64,000 nt of DNA from Fistulifera solaris. Its lineage: Eukaryota. The stretch covers positions 1,426,001 through 1,490,000 of the forward strand of contig AP026126.1 in the NCBI GenBank assembly GCA_030295235.1, in the 5' to 3' direction. Positions 13,596 through 22,660 of this stretch are shown one piece after another. Position 1 is the first letter of the stretch. Every line of letters begins with the position of its first letter. The notes under the pieces are model-generated. The model was not told the DNA's origin, did not search any database, and saw only the letters and a program-made list of their open reading frames with translations. The translations under genes were made by a program, and so were the position numbers.

Positions 13596-13894
13596 GAGGT
13601 TTTACGTTGGTTGAATCGCACACATGCTACAACTGCCGGCTCAAATTCAGTAATCCTGCAAGCTAATCTTTTTATTTCGAGCTTCCTTCGTTTTAAAGTC
13701 AATACGAGTAACAAATAACTTTTTTCGATTAACAATTCATAGTTCGTTCAGTAGTATGTTGAAAACACGATAGGGAGAAATTACGAGACCTAGACTGCCA
13801 TTCTATTTTTTAAAATCAATTGCTACTACAGTACTTGGTTTTTCAAAGCTGATGTGTCCATCAGGGAGGACGAGCGTGACCATTCACCGATCAC

Positions 13895-15017
13895 TCATGA
13901 CTGCAAAGAAGAATCGTTCTTACTTAGAGTCTTTTGCACTCCAGTAATGGCTTCGGCGCGTTTCTCCACCCAGTCGTATAATTCTTCCCGTTTCGACACG
14001 ATCAGATCAGCGTGTTCTTTGCGCTTTCCTTCACGAACATCCTCGGCAATACCTAGCAGCATCTTCCACACGGTGCCTATTGCGATTCTCGTGCAAAAGT
14101 TTTGAAAAAGTGAGGAACCCAACCAATCTTCGGGTCGCAAAAAGAACGAAAGTCACCAAGATTTTCTTTTCGCCCTCTGGATACTCTTGCTTCGACTTGG
14201 CTAGGGCAGGATGATCATCGGGGCATTGACGAAAGAGAAAATCAGCCACAAAATCCATACGGGTAACACCCTTATCTGCAGCAGGGATGTCGTGGTATTC
14301 AAAGCTTTCGTCTACGTTCAACAGCTTGGCTGCCACCCGACGCTCACTTGCGGAATCATCGTCTAACGTAACGTAAATGAGAGTTTTACATCGTGAATAT
14401 TGAGAGTATGAGACGTCGTTCGAAACGATGTGAAGAAAGATCAGCTGGCACTTCTTTTATTCGTATCTTACCAGCAAAGCCCCAAAACATGATTTCGCGC
14501 TTGTTGAGTGGAAAAGGCAAATCAACTGTTAGCTGCACGAGCTGCTCCACTCTGCCAGCTTGTTTGATTTTCTTTGACTGTTGAATGCCGAGATGAGGAA
14601 AACTCCATTTTGGAAACCAGGTTTCGTACAAATCCGTTTCATTGAGTACTGCCAGCAGCGGTACATAAAGTGAAGCTTCAATGACCGATTCGATGCGACA
14701 CCAGAGCTTTCCGCCATTCTCTACCTTGTAATAGGTAATGAAATCACGATGTCCATGCGACTCGCCTTGTTTCGTCCAGCCCTCGGATGCCGGAGACTCG
14801 AGCTTTTGTACACTTCCTCGATGTATTCTCCCTTGCGAATGCCTTCGTTGTGCATTGCTGTGAACAAGCTCTTATCTTTCACTTTGCTAAATTCGAGTAA
14901 AGCATCATTTAGTCTGTCTTCTTTGAGAAATTGTTCGGCTTGAGCCAAAATTTGGGCATCAGACCGCCCATCGTCTTTCTCATGCTTAACCTTTGCTTCA
15001 GAATCCGTGCTTTGCAT
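13895..15017 (-). CDS. START/SRPBCC-like lipid-binding domain protein
   Basis: LNETDLYETWFP, VDLPFPLNKREIMFWGFA, IPAADKGVTRMDF. Intron 14471-14363. Homopolymer frameshifts at ~14805 and ~14100-14143. Confidence 0.6.
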
Positions 15018-15382
15018 CTTTTCTGTTAAAACGATCGACTCAGTGTTCGAAACGGAATGCTTTATTCTTGCTTATAATAGATGCAACCTGCAACCCAAAA
15101 ATCTATCTCGAACCTTCAAAAATCTATCTCGAAACTCCAATAATTCGAAAAGCGTCAGTTTTAATTTTGATTTTGCACCTCTTTCTTCGTTTCGATTGAA
15201 GTTTCCCTCTTGCAGATCGAGCTTCATGTTTTTCGGTTAATTGAGCGCGTACAAGCGACAAGCGAATACCGATACGACCAAGAACAAACCATGCCAAAGT
15301 TTACTGTTCATTCTGTTGAGGTTGAGCATTGCAACACAATGTTCAAGCAAACGAAGTACGTTCGTATTGACGACTTGAAAAG

Positions 15383-16060
15383 ATGCCCAAAGGTCATTCA
15401 GGAAGTAGAACGGGTTTTGGTACGAAAGTTCTTTTGAACATTTACGATTTGCACCCCCAAAATGAATCTCTGCACGGATTGGGATTTGGCATTTATCACT
15501 CCGGGGTGGAGATTTCTGGAACGGAATATTCCTTCGCGAATGGAGGTATCTTTGAAATACCTCCCAAGACAGCACCGGGAGCAAAATTTCGAGAGCAGGT
15601 GGAGGTTGGGCTTTTTGAGGGCGGCAAGGACGAACTGAACCGAGCACTAGACCTTTTACGCGATGAATTTGGACCAGATGATTATGATGGCTTCCGCCGT
15701 AATTGCAACCACTTTTCTAACGCCCTTTGCTGGCGATTAGTTCATAAGACAATTCCGCCTTATGTGAATAGGGCCGCAGAATTGCTGGTGTGCTTTTGCG
15801 GCTGTCTTTTGCCAAGTCCGCGTCTGGCAGAAGGGCCCAGCACGGATTCAAATGGGGGTGCTAGTTCGCAATTTCTTCTACGGAAAAAGGACCTGTCATC
15901 CACGACTCCCGTCTTTCAAGGCGCTGGCAACAAGCTTGGGTCACCCTCCTCGCATAGCTTTTTGAGCGGTAGTCAACAGCAACCAGAGGATCTAACGGAC
16001 CGACGCGAGAGAGCAAGAAAAGCAGCAATGGCTCGACTCGGGAAAAGCCAACAAGACTAG
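15383..16060 (+). CDS. PPPDE/DeSI-family deSUMOylating/deubiquitinating isopeptidase
   Basis: VLLNIYDL, GIYHSGVEISGTEYSF (catalytic His), NCNHFSNAL (catalytic Cys), IPPYVNRAA. Confidence 0.9.
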   Translation: MPKGHSGSRTGFGTKVLLNIYDLHPQNESLHGLGFGIYHSGVEISGTEYSFANGGIFEIPPKTAPGAKFREQVEVGLFEGGKDELNRALDLLRDEFGPDDYDGFRRNCNHFSNALCWRLVHKTIPPYVNRAAELLVCFCGCLLPSPRLAEGPSTDSNGGASSQFLLRKKDLSSTTPVFQGAGNKLGSPSSHSFLSGSQQQPEDLTDRRERARKAAMARLGKSQQD

Positions 16061-16412
16061 CGTGCTCTTAGTGCTCTCCTTTACAAAAGAACGTCGATTG
16101 CTTGTCTATTATCCTTCGAACCTATAGTCTGGCCGTAACTGACTCGTCCTCGTTCGTTGGCCAAAGTACTCTAACCTTATTGTAGACTTTCTACATCAAA
16201 AAATCGGCTTGATGTTGCGCGTTGCTCCTTCTCGTCTTGGCGACACACACCATGATAATCGAAACAAGGGCTTGCGTCAATAATTTACCCACTTACCAAG
16301 AAAGCAACACATTTGCTTTGGTGCTTTCGGTATTAAGAGCAGCGAAGTGTGTTTGAAGAAGGCATAACGTCCATTTTGCGTGCGCTTGTTGAGACCCAAC
16401 TTTTTCCCAATT

Positions 16413-17156
16413 ATGCTATCAAACGTACCTATCAAAACCCTCCTATTCCTCGTCTTGACGGTTACAAAGTGTGATGCCTTTGTCCTTTTGCGAAATGGTA
16501 ACGCTGCAATCAGTCAACGCCAACCAGCAAGTTTATTGGCATCTACAAAAGATACAGATCAAGAGTTTTGGGCGAAACAAAAGGAATTGGTGGCAGAAAT
16601 TCAAGAGAAAAGCAGTCGGAACTATAAGCAAGAACTCAGAGAAAAATTTGCAAAACGAAGGCTTGGACTTGTTGCGGACACTGCCTATTTCGGATTCTTT
16701 ATCTTTTGTGGTGCGTGCTTCTTATTCGCTTGATCATCATGCTCATTGATCTGAAATTATACTAATTTTCCATTGCTTCGCGACTTAGCACTTTGGTGCA
16801 TATCTGAAAATCCATTCACGGCCATCTCATATGCGATTGGCGCTACGATGGGATTGGCTTACGCATTTGGCCTTGGTACGTGCCTCATGCTAACAAAATC
16901 TTTCTCGTGACACCCCTCTCATTCGCTTTAACTGTGCGCAGGCAAATATGTGGAGACAATTGGTGGTTCAGTGGATGATGTTGACGCAGTCAAAGGTGCG
17001 GGAGTAGGAGAAGCCCGGTTCGCGTTTCTGATTCTCCTGTTTATAGTTGTAGGAAAGTTTCGTGCACAGGGTCTCGAGCCGATTCCTAGTATCGCTGGGT
17101 TCTTTACGTATCAACTTGCATCCTTGTCACAAGGCTTGAAAGAAAGAAACGACTAA
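16413..17156 (+). CDS. CGL160: CGL160/Atp1(UncI)-like plastid ATP-synthase assembly factor, 3 exons
   Basis: Signal peptide + CDA-FVL. Introns 16711-16788 and 16876-16941. TM region ends LEPIPSIAGFFTYQLA, resembling the CGL160 C-terminal GFFTYK motif. Confidence 0.7.
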
Positions 17157-17295
17157 ATCTAGTTTGTATTAATCGAGTGCTGAATATACATGATAACAAG
17201 TTGACAGACTAATATTTGTATGTGTCATTCAATCTTTACGGAGTAAAAAGCCGGGCGTCCAACATCAGTCTACTAAAACTGAAACGACCTACATT

Positions 17296-18485
17296 CTATC
17301 CCTGGTACTCAGCCATCTCACGGGCGTAACGTTCCTTATCCTCGGCAGCTTTAGTTTCCCAAATCTTCTTCTCACTGGCGGAAAGGGACTTGAACCGCTC
17401 CGAGATCATACGAGCGATGTCACCAAAGGAGGCATCAGGGTTTTCTTCCTTCACACGAGGGCGCTCATCGATCGAGAAAAGAAAGTATGCACTCATGTTA
17501 CGTTTGGGAGCACTGGGGTCCTGTGAAGAGTCAAGCATGAGAGACTGAAATGTTGCAAGTACTACGAGCAGTTTGTCACTTACCTTTTTGGCTTTCTTCT
17601 TACCACCACCTCCCGTCGGATCCTCAATAGGGACGTAATCTTTCATCTCCTCTTGGTAGCGAAACTTGTCTTGTTCTGCTTTCTTTTCCCATTTGCGCAT
17701 TTCCTTTTCGGGAAGTTCTTTGTATTCACGTGCAAGAATGCGCGCCTGTCATTAGCGGGATTGGATTTAGTCAAAGATCTGAAACACGGATATAAAAGTC
17801 GCGCGTGACGTCATCCGCTGAACGGCTCGTCATTGACGAAAACGCATGGCTGGTGTCAAGGGCAAAAAAAGCACGACAATCATCGTGACGTAGAAAACCT
17901 ACGGGGCTGTACGGTGTTCACCAAACGCACTTCTACCGCATGAAATTTTTGCAGCGCTTTATGCAGGCGAAACGCTCTCGCGATGCTATCGCGATGTTGG
18001 TTCGAGCGTCGTGATCATTACGAGACAGCACTGAACGCTCACAAATTGACGAACATCAGGTCAAGCAAGACGTATCAATACCGTGTGCAAAAACTTCACA
18101 AGCACTCATTTGCACGCCTCACCCACAACGAATACGCATATAAAACACTCGAGAAGTCATCAAATATGAAAAAATCGACATCGTTTAACTCACCAGATCG
18201 CCGAAGCTAGCTTCGGGATTTTCTTCTTTGATTCGCTGACGATTGGCCTGCGAGAAAATGAAGAACGCACTCATCGCACGCTTGGGCTTGGTGGGGTCCT
18301 GAAGGGCAAAAGACAAAAGCGAACATTAGCCTGAAGGCGCGGAGGATTTCTTTTTCAACGTATTCGCCATTCAGTCTTACCTTCCATTTCTTGGATGAGC
18401 GCTTGCGAGATCGAGGAGCTTCTTCCTCTTCCTCGTCTTCTTCTTCTTCGTCCTCGATATCCTCTTCGTAGTCAATAGGAGCCAT
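17296..18485 (-). CDS. Two-HMG-box chromatin protein with acidic N-terminus, 4 exons
   Basis: [16 protein letters not shown]...[20 protein letters not shown] and [16 protein letters not shown]...[10 protein letters not shown]. Introns 18380-18299, 18193-17746, 17583-17521. Confidence 0.9.
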
Positions 18486-19253
18486 GATTAAGTTTTTAGT
18501 TGAAAAAGGTTGCAAGCTCTTGTCGAGACTGTTTGTGCCCTCATGCCGCCAAGCTCAAAATCGATTCAAAAGGGATCTTCGCGTGTCCGGCGTGTAGGCC
18601 TGCACTATAATTCTACGTAGAATCTTTTCGTGTCACTTTGCGGGGCACCTGCACCTGTATCTTTAGTACTGAGATTTACACGGCTGCCCCCGCGTGCGCC
18701 AGTTTCACGGCATGAAGTCGTACTTGTACACCAGTTCTTTCGTGTGCTGGCATCTGCTCTTTGTCATTGGTGACGAAGCGTACTCTCTATTCTTCACTGG
18801 GAATAATTTTGACGTTGCTTTGTATGGTACACTGTTGTATGAAAATTTGATTTTCATAAACCATAACCACCAGAAAGCGTGAACGAATGGAGTTGGTCTT
18901 CACTTAGAACAAAAACGTCATATTTCCGTTGATGGGCGAAACGATTTTCCTTTTTCGTCCTTGTCTTGACACAAACTCACTGCGGCTAATAGAGTAAATC
19001 CAAATATCGTTCCGAGAACCAAATCAAGTTCGCAAAAGAGGTGCTTTACCTGGTATTGCTCGACGCTTGTCAGTTGACGGAAAAGTTTGGTCGTCGATTT
19101 GGTCTTTGTCAAAACACGGAAGTTCGTCACCTTGAAATATTCTTTAACGCAGTAATGACTTGAAGGACGTGTGCGGGAATAGATTGGAAACACTCACAAC
19201 CTACGACACCTGGTTCTGACGACAAAGCCGCTGTTTGTTAGTTTATTTTGCTG

Positions 19254-20783
19254 ATGTCTTTGACTAACGCAGAAACCGAACTTGAAAGGGACCAACACCT
19301 TGTCATCGACACGACTCCTATCATGAATGAATCGATTCGAGAAGAAGCTGACGATACTGGCGATGAAGCTGGAACGGTTCAAACAGGTTCTTCGCAGATA
19401 CGCGAAGGGACTATTGCGTCCGGTCGCTTCAATATTCTTTCGACCATGGTTGGCGGCGGTTCTCTCTCACTCCCGCTCGCCTTTCAAAAGACAGGTAACG
19501 GCTTCGTGGCTCCGATGTTGCTGCTGATCGTGGCTTGCATGACGGAATTTTGCTTTCGAACTCTCACCACGTCTGCGCGGACGTTATCTCCACCGGATCA
19601 TAATAAACGGGGACAGGATTCGTATGAATCTATCGCCAGTGCAGCGTTCGGTCGTAAGGCGTACGTCATGTCGACGATTCTTGTTACAGCCATGTGTTTC
19701 TTCGGTACAGTCGCTTATGCTGTCTTATTGCGTGATATGTTGCAGCCTATTTCGGAGTACATTTTCGGACGATCAACTTCGGGCCCGACTTGGGAGAACA
19801 ATGTCACCATGTTGACGGTCGTCGTCGTGGTGACACCTCTTTGTACTTTGAAGACCTTGACCGCTCTACAACGCTTCGGGGCCTTGGGGATGTTTTCGGT
19901 TCTAGTTCTGGGCTCCTGCATTGTATATCGATCTATCGAATGCACGGCACATCACGCGGATGACTGGAAAGCAGCCTTTCAGTGGGGACCGAACTCTTTA
20001 AGAGATGTGCTCGACGTCTTCCCCCTCTTTGTATCGTGCTACGTCTGCCATTACAACATACCAGTTGTGCACAACGAACTTCGTAATCCCACAACGGCTC
20101 GAGTGGCGTGGTGGTTGAAATCGACTACATGGTCGGCTACGCTATTTTATATGTTGATGGGTGTGGCAGGGTCTGCGTACGCCCCTTGCGCCGCATTGAA
20201 AGAGTTGCATGGAAACGTTCTTTTAGATTTTGACAACGATGATCCGGTAGTGATGGTGGGGCGAATGTGCCTGGCTTTGACCATCACTTTGGCATTCCCT
20301 ATGCTAACGATTCCAGCGCGCGATATCGTGTTGCGGACTCTCTGCTCTTCTCGCACCAGTTCCGCTTTGACTACTGAACTTTCGTTGGAAGAAGAAATTG
20401 ATTTTGAAGAACCTTTGTTGGCCGATCATAATAATGAAGAAGGAGAAGTGGCGCAACGAGATGATAATCAAAAGCAACACTCATTTGGACTCCTGCTGTT
20501 TGCGTCTATCGGGGTATTTTGGACAGCAGCCTTGCTAGCTAGTTGCGTCTCGAGCATCGACATTGTATGGGAGCTGTTGGGGAGTTCACTATCTATCTTC
20601 ATGTCGTATCTCATCCCTTGTGGATCATATCTGGTCATAATTCGGATGCAACAGGCTTTCCAGACTGATATATCATGGAAGGATCGAATGTCGGTGATGA
20701 TTGCGTGGTTCCTGGTTTTGCTGTTCATCCCTCTCATGTTTCTGTCGTCTGCCAACGCCGTCTACAAAGTATTTCTACGCTAG
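19254..20783 (+). CDS. Amino-acid transporter, AAAP/SLC38 (Aa_trans) family
   Basis: FNILSTMVGGGSLSLPLAF, SYESIASAAFG, SCYVCHYNIPVVHNELRNPT, multiple TM helices. Confidence 0.9.
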   Translation: MSLTNAETELERDQHLVIDTTPIMNESIREEADDTGDEAGTVQTGSSQIREGTIASGRFNILSTMVGGGSLSLPLAFQKTGNGFVAPMLLLIVACMTEFCFRTLTTSARTLSPPDHNKRGQDSYESIASAAFGRKAYVMSTILVTAMCFFGTVAYAVLLRDMLQPISEYIFGRSTSGPTWENNVTMLTVVVVVTPLCTLKTLTALQRFGALGMFSVLVLGSCIVYRSIECTAHHADDWKAAFQWGPNSLRDVLDVFPLFVSCYVCHYNIPVVHNELRNPTTARVAWWLKSTTWSATLFYMLMGVAGSAYAPCAALKELHGNVLLDFDNDDPVVMVGRMCLALTITLAFPMLTIPARDIVLRTLCSSRTSSALTTELSLEEEIDFEEPLLADHNNEEGEVAQRDDNQKQHSFGLLLFASIGVFWTAALLASCVSSIDIVWELLGSSLSIFMSYLIPCGSYLVIIRMQQAFQTDISWKDRMSVMIAWFLVLLFIPLMFLSSANAVYKVFLR

Positions 20784-20841
20784 AGAGCGGAAGCTGAAAC
20801 AAAGTCCGTAGTTAACAAAAATAGAAACTCTTACATACTTT

Positions 20842-21879
20842 TCATTTGGAGGAATCATCGTAATTGTAGAGTGGTATTACGTCTTTCGCAGTACATGGTG
20901 ACCGGCAGATGGGACACTCCGGTCGAACCGTTTGTACCCATTTTTGCAGGCAAGTCCAGCAGTATACGTGTCCGCAATCTACAGGACAGGCCGAATATGT
21001 TCGAGGTCCGTGACAAATACCACAAATTGTTCGAGAGGAAAATGATGCATTGTTGTCTTTGACACTTGGAAGGGTGTGCCTGTCGCAAAAGTCAAACCAC
21101 CAATGTAAGAGTCGCCGAGAACCCGAAAGAAGACCGGTGCCTAGAGCATGAGACAGGATAAGAGCGCCGATAGCTCTGTATGCTGTGGGACGGTTAACCA
21201 GCCTGCCTTCTTCGCCTTGCTGGAACGTGATACCCAAAAATCGATACATCCATGAAGCGTAATTCCCATGGATGCAATAGAACCCCAAATGCAATCGCAA
21301 CAACCATTGCAACCATGATCGGTGTGCGGTTGAATCACCAGGGGGATGATGTGGCCCTTCTGCTTCTGGACGAAGTGCATCACAGATCATTCGAAGAAAG
21401 GCTTTAATTCGACATTGTAGTGTTGAAAATCTACGGCTGTTCTCCGTGGCTGTTTCAGGCCTACTAATTGTTTGTGAGGTCCTACTCGTCATGGCTGCTC
21501 TTTGCCGAAGGAAAACATCGCGCCGTGATGCTCCTCGCAGCGACTCGATCGATTCCTCTTCTTGTGAAGTTATTCTTTTGCTCAACGCATACGCCGTAAA
21601 CGAACTCGCGACAGACAGTGCCGCCATCTTGTAATGCAACTTATCTAATGTAATACCCGTCGCTTCCATACCAAGCGTCTTTCCTTTTCGTAATAGCACG
21701 AGCAAAGCATAGAGAATCGAGCTTACAGCGGCAGCGGTTCCCTCATCGGACCAGCCAAACGCTTCCAAAACTTGATGTACGAGTGTTCGACATTCATCGA
21801 CGTATCTAGCATCTTTTGCTGCCGCCAATAACACTTCCGGTACCAGCATCCGTCCCTTTGTTGTTTCCAAAGTTGTCAT
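20842..21879 (-). CDS. PEX10: Peroxisomal RING-finger peroxin, PEX10-like
   Basis: PEVLLAAAKDARY N-terminus, KTLGMEA, LHLGFYCIHGNY, C-terminal C3HC4 RING (CGIC...CGHVYCWTC...ECPICR). Confidence 0.75.
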   Translation of the reverse strand: MTTLETTKGRMLVPEVLLAAAKDARYVDECRTLVHQVLEAFGWSDEGTAAAVSSILYALLVLLRKGKTLGMEATGITLDKLHYKMAALSVASSFTAYALSKRITSQEEESIESLRGASRRDVFLRQRAAMTSRTSQTISRPETATENSRRFSTLQCRIKAFLRMICDALRPEAEGPHHPPGDSTAHRSWLQWLLRLHLGFYCIHGNYASWMYRFLGITFQQGEEGRLVNRPTAYRAIGALILSHALGTGLLSGSRRLLHWWFDFCDRHTLPSVKDNNASFSSRTICGICHGPRTYSACPVDCGHVYCWTCLQKWVQTVRPECPICRSPCTAKDVIPLYNYDDSSK

Positions 21880-22308
21880 GTTTAAAGATATTGAGAATCC
21901 GTTGTAGCTTTCGAACAGCTTGTTTTTGCTAAGAAAAGCAATTTAGAAATACCGGATCCCACTTTTTCTTGAATAGTAATAATAACCGTACTGGTATCCT
22001 CAAGCGAGTAAGGAAAACGAAAAAACGCAGCAACATCATGAGCTGCAAAGCGCAGAACACCCGATGCTGATTCATGACTGAACTCGAGTCGGGGATGGCG
22101 TGAACGAACAGTTTGGGCACAATAAACCCATCAAATGTCATGATCCGAGACCATTATCGGTTGAACTAGCCCTTGAATGAAAACTAAATGTAGCAAATGA
22201 TTAAAACTTAGCTCTTTAGATACAACGAATATCAGGTATAACGACAAACGCAACGATGAAGACTCACGACTGAACTGGACCCAGTCGTGACTACGAACCC
22301 CACCCACA

Positions 22309-22595
22309 TGTTAAAATACTAACGTACTGTGGAATCGAACCACAGAGTTAAGGCCAGGGAGGATGTCAGATTGAGGGTCTGGACGTCCATCAGAGTGGCT
22401 TATATATCATGGATCTGGGTAGAAATACGACGTGATTGGGATGGCTCTGTGGTTCGATTCCACAGTACGTTACCATGTTAAAATACTAACGTACTGTGGA
22501 ATCGAACCACAGAGCCATCCCAATCACGTCGTATTTCTACCCCGATCCATGATATATTAGCCACTCTGATTGACGTCCAGACCCTCAATCTGACA
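22309..22595 (-). mobile_element. Non-autonomous LTR-retrotransposon-derived mini element with internal inversion
   Basis: TG...CA termini; CCCACA on both flanks (22303-22308, 22596-22601); 120-bp LTR-like unit (22595-22476) followed by TGGTA; inverted copy preceded by purine-rich AAGGCCAGGGAGGA. Confidence 0.6.
22364..22595. repeat. 109-bp inverted repeat with 14-nt loop, plus 41-bp direct repeat
   Basis: Arms 22364-22472 and 22487-22595 are complementary with 3 mismatches. CATGTTAAAATACTAACGTACTGTGGAATCGAACCACAGAG occurs at 22307-22347 and 22474-22514. Confidence 0.95.
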
Positions 22596-22660
22596 CCCAC
22601 ACACACACACAAAAAAATACAAGTACAACGACGTCAAAAAATGCTATTGAAGTTTTAGCA

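Noticed and set aside
22382..22475. Functional tRNA gene
   Set aside because: The T-arm is good, but D and anticodon stems do not pair and the sequence lies inside the LTR-like repeat.
22307..22514. CRISPR-like direct repeats (41 bp with internal hairpin)
   Set aside because: Only two direct copies, the intervening sequence is an inverted copy of the same unit, there are no cas genes, and the context is eukaryotic.
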